Counted from the first letter of the stretch, positions 1-13,310 are shown. The stretch is 64,000 bases of DNA from Octopus sinensis (GCF_006345805.1 NC_043011.1:1426001-1490000), one strand, 5' to 3'. The notes: generated from the letters alone by a model not told the origin. Numbers and translations: made by a program.

Positions 1-909
1 ACATCAATCTGACTTCAATCTCTGAGACAAGATGAAATGAATTCAAAGTCTATTCAAGTGATGAATTGCCAGTTTTGCAAAGCACTTCTGGCAATTTGTG
101 CAGCTGAAATGCCTTCTGTATCATACCAGCACTTAGACACTGGCATCAGCTCCTTCAATGAGTGTAAGAGTCCCTGGGGCTAATAAATTCCTTGTTACAT
201 GACTCAGGTCTTTTGATGAACTGTAGATATCTTGTTTATATTATTTTCAAAAATTCAACATCTAACTGGCATAAAGGCCATCAGAATAATAAATAATATT
301 CCAGTCTGTTGGCTCTCTCAATGTTGGAAATTTATTGAGTTTAAACTTTAACGATGCTTATTTGCTTCAAATCAACTGAAACGAGTAACAAAATATTGGG
401 GTATTTTACAGTATTGCTCATTCTATTAACATCAAGTGATATGTCTGGATAAGTTTATGTAGATACCCACATCACCTGACATGTGAGTCTTTTAATTCAG
501 ATTTCTCATCTTTACTTAAATCATTGTTTTCCCTTAGTGACTTTACTTTCTTTATCTCTCTTGGAGATATGGGTATGTGTAAATCATGATTATCAGTAAT
601 TCCACTCTTTGATTGACTGACATTTCATTCCAAATATTTGAATGATTTCCTTCTTTAAATACCTTTGCAGTATTGTAATCACATCCTTTTATCCTTTTCA
701 AAATAATTCATTTCCACAAAATATAAAATCCTTCACATGAATAACAAGAATACCCATTTATTTTCTACTTGCATTGTGCCCGAGAAATAAAACATTGTCA
801 TAAACTCTCACTAACCCTTCCAGTTTGATCAATACTTGAGGGACGTTCTTAAATTATGACCAAGGGGCACCATTCAGTACATAGAAACATCTCTTCGATT
901 TCCATACCT

Positions 910-1138
910 ATTTCTTTATTACCCACAAGGGGCTAAACACAGAGGGGACAAACAATGACAGACATAGGTATTAAGTCGATTACATCGACCCCAGTGCGTA
1001 ACTGGTACTTAATTTATCAACCCCGAAAGGATGAAAGGCAAGTCGACCTCGGCGGAATTTGAACTCACAACGTAATGCAGACGAAATACCGCTAAGCATT
1101 TCGCCCGGCATGCTAATGTTTCTGCCAGCTCGCTGCCA
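910..1138 (-). mobile_element. tRNA-derived SINE, family B (Meta/V-like central domain)
   Basis: Matches the ~230-bp family at 17009, 44921, 49905, 51331 and 60552; 12-bp TSD atttccatacct at 898-909 and 1139-1150. Confidence 0.9.
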
Positions 1139-1154
1139 ATTTCCATACCTGTGA

Positions 1155-1355
1155 CTTTAGCATTCAGATTACTCTGTCAAATGTAATGCTTACTTATTCA
1201 TGTTGTTTTGTATTAATTATGCATTATCTTGTAGCTTTAAAATTTTGATGAAATGATTGTTTATTTTTTTGGATGATATTGTAGGGTAGGTGTAAGAGAC
1301 CAGATCTGGACAGTTTAAAGATAAAACATGTAGAATATTTGGTCTGAATGCTGGT
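1155..1355. mobile_element. Truncated copy of the 228-bp piggyBac-type MITE
   Basis: Internal sequence aligns by eye with 58451-58678 and 21261-21488; termini missing. Confidence 0.6.
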
Positions 1356-1411
1356 AGATTTCAGTGAATTGCCTTATAAAAATGCTGAGTTGAAATCAAA
1401 AGTCTGTACTC

Positions 1412-1453
1412 ACCTATACTCATAATATAGTACTCTGTACTCATAACTGATGC
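1412..1453 (-). CDS. Candidate 42-nt internal exon of an unidentified host gene (ASVMSTEYYIMSI)
   Basis: Acceptor ataattttAG, donor ATAG|gtgagt, open in phase 1-1; short, could be chance. Confidence 0.3.
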
Positions 1454-1630
1454 AGCTAAAATTATTAACCAAATAGCTTCATGCCTAGATGTCGGAAAGT
1501 CTGTTTTAAGATCATTTGAGTCTTTCTTATTATCACATGCAACAAAATTGACTTTCATTATGTTTTAATTATCTTTGTGTTTTGCAATCATTAGCCATCT
1601 TGATAATATAGTTTTCTAATCTAAGACAAT

Positions 1631-1800
1631 GAGCTGGCAGAATCATTAGCATGCTGGGCAAAATGTTTAGTTGTCTTTCATCCAACTTTATGTTCTGGGT
1701 TCAAATTCTATCGTTGTGGACTTTGCCCCTCATCCTTATAGGGGTCAATAAAATAAATATCAGTCAAACATTGGGGGTTGATGTAATCAACCTGCCCCTT
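1631..1800 (+). mobile_element. Diverged family B SINE
   Basis: gagctggcagaatc...gggttcaaattc...catccttataggggtcaataaaataa pattern. Confidence 0.75.
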
Positions 1801-1804
1801 CTCC

Positions 1805-2085
1805 CGAGATTCCCGGCCTAATTTGAGCACCATTTTCATCTAACGAGCTGCTCAAGTAGTAACACTCCATGACAAAAGCATTAATTTGCTTGCTCCATCT
1901 ACGCCGTGTGTGGTGGTCCCTTTCTGAATATGGAGAGGCTGGAGCCGGACCAAAATCTCTGAGCCTACCGGGTGTAACACTGTCACCATCATTGACTTCA
2001 GTTCCATTACCACCATTATTCACAATATTTTGTCTTTCCATTGTCACTCATATGAGGTAGCGATTATCAGGTTGCGCAATTACCA
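1805..2085 (-). mobile_element. 5' fragment of an R4/Dong-type (REL endonuclease) non-LTR retrotransposon ORF
   Basis: ORF 1787-2047 contains RRRWSKQINAFVMECYYLS, resembling the N-terminal RxKWTxxxNxxVMxCYYxS motif of R4/Dong-like ORFs. Confidence 0.6.
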
Positions 2086-2104
2086 GTGTTTTTATTGTGA
2101 CACC

Positions 2105-2548
2105 ATGCAGTGGGACCAAACCCGGAACCATGTGGCTGGTAAGCAAGCTACTTACCACACAGCCACTCCAGTGCCTATAAAAGGAAATGCTTACAGCACC
2201 TAGGTTTCCCAAGCAGTCACCCATCTAAGTACTAACTACTTAGCTGAGGAGAAGGAGGAGGCTCCACCCATTTCCTTTCATTATTATTATTATCATTATT
2301 ATTATCATCATCATCATCATCATCATCATCACTGATATCACTGATATTATTGTTTTTATGTGCAGTAGCAGCAGTGGTTGCAGTAATAGCAACAGTAGCG
2401 GGGGTGGGGGAGTGGTAAGGGTGGTAGTTGGGCCTCAGATTCCTGTGCTATCATAATAGTAGTAGTTGTAATATTATTGTAGTGTTAGTAGTATTTAGTA
2501 TTAGCAGCTGCAGGATATTATTATTATTCTGTGTCTTCAGCTGCTGAC

Positions 2549-2587
<39 letters not shown>

Positions 2588-2783
2588 CATCATCATCATG
2601 TTGAAAACACCGGTTCTCGTCCTTCACTGAAGTTAAGCAACATCGAACGTAGTTAGTACTTAGATGGGTGACTGCTTGGGAAACCTAGGTGCTGTAAGCA
2701 TTTCCTTTTATAGGCACTGGAGTGGCTGTGTGGTAAGTAGCTTGCTTACCAGCCACATGGTTCCGGGTTTGGTCCCACTGCAT
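2105..2783. repeat. Perfect 135-bp inverted repeat (2105-2239 / 2649-2783), 409-bp spacer
   Basis: Arms are exact reverse complements, covering the 5S 3' half, an oligo-T spacer and a SINE head. Confidence 0.95.
2597..2703 (+). pseudogene. 5S rRNA pseudogene lacking about 13 nt at the 5' end
   Basis: gaaaacaccggttctcgtcc...gaagttaagcaacatcg...gttagtacttagatgggtgactgcttgggaaacctaggtgctgtaagcattt follows the metazoan 5S sequence with substitutions, then a T-rich terminator. Confidence 0.9.
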
Positions 2784-2875
2784 ACCACCTTGGGCAAGTG
2801 TCTTCTACTATAGCCTTGGGCTGACCAAAGCCTTGTGAGGGGATTTGGTAGATGGAAACTGAAAGAAGACCATCG

Positions 2876-2906
<31 letters not shown>

Positions 2907-3118
2907 GTGTGTGTTTGTGTCTGTGTTTGTCCCCACCCCCAACATCGCTTGACAACCGATGTTGGTGTGTTTACATCCCCGTAACTTAGTGGTTCGGCAA
3001 AAGAGAATGATAGAATAAGTACTAAGCTTACAAAGAATAAGTCCTGGGTTCGATTTGCTCGACTAAAGGTGGTGCTCTAGCATGGCCACAGTCAAATGAC
3101 TGAAACAAGTAAAAGAGT
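2713..3118 (+). mobile_element. Bipartite tRNA-derived SINE, family A
   Basis: Head ggagtggctgtgtggtaag...ggttccgggttt, central (TA)n(TG)n hinge, tail ending aaacaagtaaaagag. Confidence 0.92.
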
Positions 3119-3259
3119 ATTATTATTAATGAGCGAGAGAGCAGAGCATGCCATCAAAGTGACACTGGGGTTACAAATATATGAAGCCCAGTAACCCATC
3201 ATGGCTACCCATCTGATAAGGATATATCAGGCACATGCATTACAACCACATGTGCATGA

Positions 3260-3305
3260 TATATTATTATTATTATCATTATTATTATTATTATTGTTAT
3301 TATTA

Positions 3306-3352
<47 letters not shown>

Positions 3353-3372
3353 GTTGTTGTTGTTGTTGTTAT
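3260..3372. repeat. (TAT)n/(TGT)n microsatellite
   Basis: Direct reading; explains the poly-L and poly-Y ORFs. Confidence 0.95.
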
Positions 3373-5122
3373 TGTTTTATAAAGTGGTGGACTGGCAGAA
3401 TTGTTATAGTACCAAAAAGAAAAAAAATGTTTTACACTATTTCTCTCAGTTTATTATGTTCTGAGTTCAAATCCTGCCAATGTCAACTTTACCTTTCATC
3501 CCTCTGAAGACAATAAAATAAAGTACAAACTAGAAACAATTATTATTAAATGGTCTTAGCACTATCAAATAACCAAAAATTTTTAATTTGCACTTTTTAC
3601 ATTGCTGGTAATATATTTACACAAAAAGGTTTCTTTCAACTACAGCATAACTTGGTGCAAAAAAAAACCCAGAGCTTTATTGTTAATACCGGAATATGCA
3701 GAAATCATTGTGCGACGTGTCAACTCTCAAATGACCAATTGTTATTGTGTGCTAAGTCTTTTTTGGCTATTTCAAACTTTGATGATGAGTGCAGGAAATG
3801 ATGCAGGATAATATAAAGCAAGGCAATTAAGAAAATCTATTTATTCTATTGCCAGCAGCATAAACAAGTGAAAGTGAAGAGATGGGTTGCGGGTGGGTGG
3901 CTCTGTGAAGCCAACAATATATCTATAAAAGAGGTAGGAAGTATCAATTTACATTTCAAATAATAGAGGGGGAAGATGGGGAAGGAGTGTGATAGAAAGG
4001 TCATGGCAATAATGTGTGTATAATATCTATAAAAGTTATGGAGTTCGAAGAGAGAACAGTGGACAGAAATAAATACTTTAAAGTATTCAACTTAGTTTTT
4101 CTTATTTCTTTGTTCAATTTTTCACTTCATCTCACTGAGATCAATAAAATAAGTAAAATTAATATAAACGCAATCCTTCACCTTGTTTACCCATTCAGAA
4201 TGTAGATTGCCTTTAGCAGAATAGATTCTGTGAAAATTCACACCAGCTATCTGATATGAAAGTAGCTTCCTTTCTTCCTGCAATCTTAGAAGCCCTCAGT
4301 GTCATGCGCACTGTTTTCCTTTCTGGATGAAAGAAAAAAAGATCTATGTAGTTCTTTCCCCCTATAGTTGTTATGTTGATACTTCTGGCCTGCTCTTATG
4401 ATTATTAGATTGAGTAAACTTTACAATCTGAAAATTGGAACCAGCACAGTTGGTCATGACACCTTTCCCAACTTTACTAATGTAGTGAATTATTAATTCC
4501 TCCATTGGACCCCTCTTTAAATTCATATAACCAAATAAATGCAATAAAAGTGGAACCCTCTCTTTGCAACTATTAGCCTTAAGTCTATTAAAAACCTCAA
4601 TATGTATATAAATTGTTTTTAAGGTAACTTCTAGAATTTTCTCATAAAATATTCTTAACTCCAGGTGATTAGAATGAGTGTTTTTTTTTTGTGTATGACA
4701 GTAATAAGTGATCTCAGAATATAAATTCGAAAAAATATGAAATGAATAAATACAAAGATGCAAATAATAAGAATTGACATAAAGTTAATATTATTTATGA
4801 AACGCACCAATATCACAGGCTAGCTTTAAAATATTTCCAGGCCATTAATAAGAAATTTAAGACTAGTTGTCTGTAGGAACTCTTGTATAATAACAGTGTA
4901 ATATCTTATAACCAAATAGCTGAAGAATTAGAAGAAAAGTTCCAAACATAGAAGCAGAGTCTAAAATCAACATTCCCCATAGTAAGCTTAACAAAAACAA
5001 TGACTTAGTTGGAAAAAGACAATACAAAACACTACCGTTTTCTGGGAACTGGCCTTCCTCAGTATGCAAAAAACAGAAGAGATAGGCATTCTTTTCAGTA
5101 TATTCTTTATTTCTATTTTATG

Positions 5123-5342
5123 CTTTTACTCTTTTACTTGTTTCAGTCATTTGACTGCGGCCATGCTGGAGCACCGCCTTTTTAGTCGAGCAAATCGACT
5201 CCAGGACTTATTCTTTGTAAGCTTAGTACTTATTCTATCGTTCTCTTTTGCAGAACCGCTAAGTAACAGGGACGTATACATACCAGCATCGGTTGTCAAG
5301 CGTTGTTGGGGGGACAAACACAGACACAAACACACACACACG

Positions 5343-5401
<59 letters not shown>

Positions 5402-5561
5402 CAGGCTTCTTTCAGTTTCCGTCTACCAAATCCACTCACAAGGCTTTGGTCAGCCCGAGGCTATAGTAGAAGACACTTTCCCAAGGTGCCACACAGTGGG
5501 ACTGAACCCGGAACCATGTGGTTGGTAAGCAAGCTACTTACCACACAGCCACACCTGCGCC
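5123..5561 (-). mobile_element. Family A SINE with 22-bp TSD
   Basis: Full head, hinge and tail; TSD tattctttatttctattttatg at 5101-5122 and 5562-5583. Confidence 0.95.
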
Positions 5562-6176
5562 TATTCTTTATTTCTATTTTATGTTTTACTACATATCATT
5601 CAGGTTTTATTCAGTTCCAACAGCATATCAGTCTTTGTATGATTAGAAGTTGGTATCTATCACCCAAACCTTTTCTACTTCTGGAGGCAGGAGCATTGTG
5701 TGGGTCCACATATCCTTCTCACAGCACAATGTAGCCAGTTCAAATAGTGAAGTCGTGGAAGGAAGGAAGGAGAGAGAGAGAGAGAGAGAGAGAGAGTGAG
5801 TTTATCCAAATTCTTGATTGATATTTTAGTCATCAGCCACAGGAGGATGAAAGGCTAAGTTGAACTCAGAATACGGAGAACCTGAACAAATACTGCCTTC
5901 TACATTTTTTACCCAGTGTAAGTTATGAATGTGTAACAAATGGTATCACAACAGGCTGAGTGAAGGTGGATTTTATACAGAACAAATACATAAGAGTAGC
6001 TAGCAGTAAGAGTACTTTTGGAATAACTTATTCAGATGCTCAGAAGGTTTGCTAAAAGTAGTTGAAAGTTGCTGTTACTTTAGAGAACTCATTAGTAATA
6101 ATGATGGAGAACTAATTAACAGTTATTAATAGTAAAATCACTGTAGCTGGAGTAAAAATGTGGTGGAAAAATGAAA

Positions 6177-6583
6177 GGTAGGAGTGGCTGTGTGGTAAGT
6201 AGCTTGCTAACCAACCACATGGTTCCGGGTTCAGTCCCACTGCGTGGCATCTTGGGCAAGTGTCTTCTGCTATAGCCCCGGGCCGACCAATGCCTTGTGA
6301 GTGGATTTGGTAGGTGGAAACTGAAAGAAGCCTGTCGTATATATGTATACATATATATGTATATGTTTTTGTTTGTGTGTCTGTGTTTGTCCCCCTAGCA
6401 TTGCTTGACAACCGATGCTGGTGTGTTTATGTCCCCGTTACTTAGCGGTTCAGCAAAAGAGACCGATAGAATAAGTACTGGGCTTACAAAAAGAACAAGT
6501 CCCGGGGTCAAGTTGCTCGATTAAAGGTGGTGCTCCAGCATGGCCGCAGTCAAATGACTGAAACAAGTAAAAGAGTAAAAGAG
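6177..6583 (+). mobile_element. Family A SINE
   Basis: Full head, hinge and tail. Confidence 0.92.
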
Positions 6584-6790
6584 CGAGGTAGATTGTATGG
6601 AGTGCTAAAATGAAGGATAGATTTTATGAAATTTAACTTCAGATTACAATTCTGCATGATAGCAGAACATGGATGTGCAAAGGTTGGACAGAATGAGGCA
6701 ACCCTGTTCTGCTGGATGATTGATGGAACAGAGGTAAACTGACTGTAAAAATAGGTCTAAAAGAGGGATCAGCCATAGTATGAAAGAAAG
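6584..6790 (+). mobile_element. Old RTE-clade LINE fragment (post-RT region)
   Basis: Decayed GRLYG..TILHDSRTW..VQRLDRNEATLFCWM, homologous to KGRLYDAC..AMLHGSETW..RNEASMLRWM of the 52.6-kb ORF. Confidence 0.7.
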
Positions 6791-7760
6791 AAGACTTTGC
6801 TAGTAGAGTCAAAGGATGCATTTGAAGGATGATAGTTTGAAGAAATCGATTAAGGTGGAAGGGACCATTTAGAAGTGGAAAACTAAAGAAAACAGGAAGA
6901 AATTGTGGAAACTAATTCCCCAAGATGCTGGACATGAAAAATGATATGATAAAAGCTACAACATTTATCAGCCACTATACTGAAGATGGCACATCCAATT
7001 CAAAATGCAAAATTATCATTGTTGTTGCTGTTGTTATATATTTCCCTAATTTCAAGTATATTCTAAGTTTTCTTTCTCATTTATAAATCATTATAAAAAT
7101 AGCTGTGCTGCACATATTGGAATATTATTTCAAATTGTTTATTAAAAAGTAAAAGGAAAGTATTATATATGTAAATAATAATACTATTAAGTCTTTCTTG
7201 GTTTAGCTTCTTTTATGAAAACCATATGAAATTAGCTAAATGGTAATATGAAAATGGAAATTATAAAAAAAAAGAAGTGTTGACTGAAAAAAATTATTAA
7301 AAAATCAAAACTAATCAATCAGAAGTAAACAAACAAATATTCAGTAGTCGGAATTAACTAAATTGTGGTAGAAGGAAAATACAGACATTTCAGCTAGAAT
7401 TATGTGAAATTCTTCCTATTTATTCCAGACATTATCATCTTAATTTTTCCTCATGAAGCGTATGAATAATAATTTATATGTGAGTGCATATGTGAGAGTG
7501 AGAGAGAGGGGGGAGGGAGAGAAAGGACGAGAAAGAGAGAGAGAGAATGTGTAAGTGTGTGGTACCATAATCGAATGTTGTGTATTCTTTAACTACACTT
7601 TGATAACAACGAACTATCTTTGCTAAAATTTTATTTAATAATGTACTTACACACAACACACATGTGAGTGCATACACACTCAAACACACATCCTGCACGT
7701 GTAAGATGTAAAATATATTCGTACAGTTTTGCTACAAATATATATATATATATATACAAT

Positions 7761-7809
7761 AAAGCCTTGTGAGTGGATTTGGTAGACGGAAACTGAAAGA
7801 AGCCCGTCG

Positions 7810-7846
<37 letters not shown>

Positions 7847-8070
7847 GTGTGTGTATATGTTTTTGTGTCTGTGCTTGCCCCCTCCCCTCCCAACATCGCT
7901 TGACAACCAATGCTGGTGTGTTTACATCTCTGTAACTTAGCTGTTCGGCAAAAAAGACCGATAGAATAAGTACTTGGCTCACAAAGAATAAGTCCTGGGG
8001 TCGATTTGCTCGACTAAAGGCGGTGTTCCAGCATGGCCACAGTCGCGTGACTGAAACAAGTAAAAGAGTA
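7761..8070 (+). mobile_element. 5'-truncated family A SINE
   Basis: Starts at aaagccttgtgagtgg; hinge and tail present. Confidence 0.9.
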
Positions 8071-8653
8071 TATATATATATATATATATATATATCAAAA
8101 CACAAAATGTTGCTACAGATATTGTAATCCTAAGGGAGCCAAGTAAGTATCCTTACTAACTCCTAAAACCATATTCAAGTCTCTACTTCTGAAATGAGTG
8201 GTGGTTAATGGGAGGAAGACAATCCAAACACAAAAAAACAGTTGCTTTTACAAAATAACCTTCCACCCATGTAAGCATAACAATATAACACAAAACAGTA
8301 CAAAAGAAATGGAAACCATCATTTCTGCACATTTCCAATACTTCATTTATCTATGTTGGTTTTTGTTCTGTATGTCTACAAATATATCTCTCACATGTCT
8401 CTTTCTCCTGTTAATCATATTATTCCAGTCCACAGATCCAATAGTAGAAACTGTGCTTAACCTTTGCTTCGTACAAACAGTATGCTTCTATAAATGTCTC
8501 TTTATCTATGTCTTTTAGCCTAAAGTTTAACTTTAGTAGTGAATCGGAGAGATAGCTGAAAGGACAGGATTCTAGTGAATGGACTGAGGAGTTGTCAGTT
8601 CATATTCTGTCTCCGATATTCCAATTTGTCTGTAGCCCAGTGTCTAGCTGTAA

Positions 8654-8907
8654 ATTTTAATTTAATTTAATTTGATTTAATTTTTTGGCTCAAAAAGCAA
8701 AAGCAAGGCCATGTAGGGGGACATGGAGTTATGTACAGGGAGGGTGTTCATCCAAAGAGTTCAGGCCATTTCTGGTCAAGAGAGACTATGAACCGAGCGG
8801 TCATCGGCATCTTCACTATCTCATCCAGCAGCTTATTCCATGGATCCGCAACCCGGACGGAGAAAGCCCCTCTCCTTCCATTGAGATGAAATCGTCGTAG
8901 ATATATT
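8654..8907 (-). mobile_element. CR1-clade LINE 3' end, 5'-truncated
   Basis: YLRRFHLNGRRGAFSVRVADPWNKL..SLDQKWPELF, same family as 15622-16121; AT-rich pentamer tail; possible TSD ctgtaa at 8648-8653 and 8908-8913. Confidence 0.88.
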
Positions 8908-8929
8908 CTGTAAGGCAGAAACAACTTAC

Positions 8930-9026
8930 TCATGTAAACAACAGTATTGCTGTAATACTGATGTGGCTTCTTAGTTTGCAGTGCAAAGTCCAACTCTTCC
9001 TTTTGATACTGATTATATATACTTAC
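8930..9026 (-). CDS. Candidate 97-nt internal exon (VSIYNQYQKEELDFALQTKKPHQYYSNTVVYM)
   Basis: Acceptor ctcttacatttattttAG, donor ATGA|gtaagt, open phase 0-1. Confidence 0.45.
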
Positions 9027-9626
9027 CTAAAATAAATGTAAGAGATTCACAGTTGAAATGCCTTGGATCATGGCTATGTTCTATCAGAATTGTCCTGTGC
9101 CACAATAGTAACACAACATTAACTGATAGTTTTCCAAAATGTCCTTACAAGCTGAAAGTTGAAGGGCCCCATGAGCTGTTATTGTTTAACATCAAGTCAG
9201 CTTTCAGCAAGCAAACCTGTGATTGAAAGTATTTTAACCATATATTGCATCTGATTTTTTTGGGAGTATGTCAAGGACTCCCTTATTTAAGATAGTGGGG
9301 CAGATTTAAGGAAGATTTTAGCAGATCAGACTATCAAGTAGAATCCCTTTCATTAATTCAGATGTAAATCAGATCAATATAATCAACATAACCTTTTTAT
9401 GACTAAATCATGTGATAAGCAGTCTTATTCATAATTTGAAGGAGATTGGTTTTCAAAATAATGACTTGATGTATAAATCTATTTGCTAAGAATAGAATGA
9501 ACTTATAAAAATTGCTTGAACAAATATGGTAAGCCCTTGAAACATATTGTTCACAGAATCCAGTACATATATCAGGCATTTAAGTTAGTTGAGTCATGTA
9601 GAGTCAAATCCGGAAACAAAATAAAA

Positions 9627-10031
9627 CAGGAGTGGCTGTGTGGTAAGTAGCTTGCTAACCAACCACATGGTTCTGGGTTCAGTCCCACTGCGTGGCATCT
9701 TGGGCGAGTGTCTTCTGCTATAGCCCCGGGCTGACCAATGCCTTGTGAGTGGATTTGGTAGACGGAAACTGAAAGAAGCCTGTCGTATATATGTATATAT
9801 ATATGTGTGTGTGTGTGTTTGTGTGTCTGTGTTTGTCCCCCTAGCATTGCTTGACAACCGATGCTGGGGTGTTTATGTCCCCATCACTTAGCGATTCGGC
9901 AAAAAGAGACTGATAGAATAAGTACTGGGTTTACAAAGAATAAGTCCTGGGGTCGATTTGCTCGATTAAAGGTGGTGCTCCAGCATGGCCACAGTCAAAT
10001 GACTGAAACAAGTAAAAGAGTAAAAAAGAGT
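9627..10031 (+). mobile_element. Family A SINE
   Basis: Full head, hinge and tail. Confidence 0.92.
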
Positions 10032-10889
10032 ATTAGCACTGGAATTGAACTTACGAGTCAAAATCAAGCAGTTCAACACACTATCCTCAGTCTGTTTCTA
10101 TAATTGTGATATGATTTGAATACAATAATTGCTAGCAATTTGAATCCAGTGTTTCTTATTCTGTTCCCGTGACAAATAAGACAAAATCATTTGGTTATAT
10201 ATTTATTTCGCATGTACCAGTGTACAATGAATACTTATTTTATTGATCCCAGGGGAGTGAAAGGATTAAATCAGCTCAATGTAGAAAGACATAACTAAAT
10301 ACCAAATTTACTTCTTTTGGTTGATGCCAACTGTTTTTGAGGCTTGTCTATGTTTCAATAGTCAGTGTAAAATTTTCTAACTCTTCATTGTGACTCAGTT
10401 AAAACTAAAACTTTGCATAATTTAGATGGAATGTTTATAACAGTAGGAATTAAAATTATCAGAGGAATAGAAGATAGTATTGCATGTTTCACATCATTGT
10501 CTCAGCTTGTATTCATTAAATGTTGGAAGAAAATCTGTTCTGTTAAATCCTACTGTTGTGTTTAGACTGATATTTTATAGAAACATTCATTTAATCTATG
10601 TACAGACAAATACAGGCATTTACATTTGTTTTTAGATGTGTATTTATTACCCATGGGCTGAATTTAAAAAATGACATCAGCAATAGCTACAACAGTAGCA
10701 GTGATGAGAACAAAACATTGTTTATAGAAAATATTCAGTTGAAAGAATCAGTTCTATGAATTATATGTTGTAATTATCCTTATTTTCTCTCAATGTATCA
10801 TGAACATAAATTCCTTTCAAGTTAATAAAAAAAAAATAGAAAACGATAATGTTGCTGCTACTGGTGGTGGTGCAGCTGTTGCTGCTGCT

Positions 10890-11030
<141 letters not shown>

Positions 11031-11196
11031 AAATCCTATGCAAAAAAAGACATAAAAATCTTGACATAAAAAAATGAGGTAAAATATAAACAAATGAAAA
11101 TATCACAGGAGAGAAATATATAAATATCTATTATGACATTTGAAAATAAGAGATTATAATTGTTCAGCTGCCAATGGGGGAATAGAAACGGAATAT

Positions 11197-11199
11197 TTC

Positions 11200-11233
<34 letters not shown>

Positions 11234-11354
11234 ATATATATATGTGTGTATATATATACATATATATATATATATGTATATATATGTATGTATATGTATG
11301 TATGTATATGTATGTATGTATATATATATATATGTATATATATGTATGTATATA

Positions 11355-11411
<57 letters not shown>

Positions 11412-11415
11412 ATAT
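11197..11415. repeat. Compound (TA)n/(TG)n/(TATG)n microsatellite
   Basis: Direct reading. Confidence 0.95.
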
Positions 11416-11859
11416 GGTAAATATTGAAATATTTCAGAAGTCAGGGGATTATTATTATATAACATACTTAAAATATATATAGCTATTGGGAAGGGAAACA
11501 TTGTAAGTGTATTTTAGAGAATGAAATATAAAAAAAAAATGGGTATACAGAAAGTGAAAAATAGTACATAGAAATTTATAGTACCTACACAGTAATTTGT
11601 TGTTATAAAGTAGATATCTTGATAATATTAGACCACTAGAACTCTTTTCAAATATACCCATAGAGTTGAATTCCTTTCTGCAAATTAGTATGACATTTGG
11701 CAGTGATCCTCTTATTTACAGTGGTAACCCATGGTAACTTGTTCTTTAGCTTCAGGTCAAACCTGACTGAGTAGACCCATGAACAAGGGCATTCTATCTG
11801 TGACCATTTCATCTTTTCCAAAAGCAGGATGCAGCCAAAACAATATTAGCCAAAGTGTA

Positions 11860-13141
11860 CAAATGAATTTAGTGTACAGGTGTAGGAGTTCACCAAGGAT
11901 CAGTTCTTACTCCCCTCTTGTTTATCATAGTCCTCTAGGTCATAACAGAGGAATTCAAAACTGGTTGCCCCGGGAGCTCCTCTACACCGATGACTTTGTT
12001 CTTGCAGCTGAATCACTACCTAATCTAGAGATGAAATTCCAGGTGTGCAAGCTAGGTATGGAATCTAACAGCCTTAGAGTTAATTTAGCAAAGACCAAAG
12101 TACTAATAAATAGGAAAACAGACAAATCACAAGTCCCTTCAGGAAGATGGCCCTGCTTGATATGCAAGAACGATGTTGATAAAAATTCTTTATGTTGTAT
12201 CCAGTTCAAGCATTGGATACATAAGAGGTGCAGTGCTATCACAGGAAGGTTAACAGAGAAATAGTCTTTATGTGTGGCAAATGTGTGGGTACAATAAGTA
12301 CTAAAACTGTACAGAGAATAGACTTCCAAAAATGCTCCAGCAGATCTGTAGAAGTAGTAGATAGCTTCTGTTACCTAAGAGACCAAGTTAACAGTGTGGG
12401 AGGAAATTCTGAAAATGCAATTGCTTGAATAAGAATGGGCTGGGCAAAGTTCAGAGAGCTGCAACCTTTGTTAGTAACTAAGGGCCTCTCCATAAAAGTG
12501 AATGGCAGATTATATGATGCCTGTGTATGTTCACTTATACTACATGGAGGTGAAACATAGGCTATGACTACAGAGGACTTGCAAAGGCTTGAAAGGAATG
12601 AAGCTAGCGTGCTCCACTAGATGGGTAATATCAGTGTGCATATGTGTCAGAGTGTAAATGATTTAAGAGGGAAACTGGGTATAAGAGGCAAGTGTGCAGG
12701 AGCGAAGAATGCACTGGTATAGTCATGTGATGTGTATGGATAAGAACAGTTGCTTGAAGAAGTGCCAATCTCTAATTGTGGAGGGAGCATGTGGAAGGAG
12801 CAGACCCAGGAAGACATGGGACAAAGTGGTGAGAAGGGTCTTCAGAGGCTTGGCCACACTGAGGAGATGACAAGAGGCTGGGACTTGTGGTGATTTGCTG
12901 TTCTTGAGAAAACACATCAAGCTAAGTAAAATCACTGCCAGCCATTCATACAGGCATGTCCTTTGCAGGTGCCAGTGGCATATAAAAAAACACCCATTGC
13001 ATTCTATAAAGAGGTTGGCCATACAAACTATGCCATAACAACAGACAACTGGAGTTTTGACAGCTCTCCAGCTGGCCACCTCCTGCCAAACCATTCAACG
13101 CATGCCAGCATGCAAAACGGACATTGAACGATGATGATGAT
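11860..13141 (+). mobile_element. Decayed 5'-truncated RTE-clade LINE (RT C-terminal half, PHD-like finger, 3' UTR, (GAT)n tail)
   Basis: RELLYTDD..LRVNLAKTKVL..SGRWPCLIC..WIHKRCS, same family as 52062-55446, with frameshifts and stops. Confidence 0.9.
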
Positions 13142-13310
13142 ATACCCTTTTTTAAGATAGTAGGATGAGATCTGAAAGAAAATTAGCTACTATTTTTAGC
13201 AGTTCACTTGACTCCTTTGGTTCGCTTGTTGTAACTTGATACCCGAAAATGACAGAGGAGACCTGGAAGGTTAAGTGCATTAGTTCCAGAAGTGCCATAT
13301 TACCCCAACC

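Noticed and set aside
1-450. Possible retroelement zinc-finger remnant on the minus strand
   Set aside because: Motif fragments are too weak and inconsistent to assign
5064-5528. 154-aa ORF and the many similar ..EPCGW / ..KLLTTQP ORFs
   Set aside because: Incidental reading frames through family A SINEs
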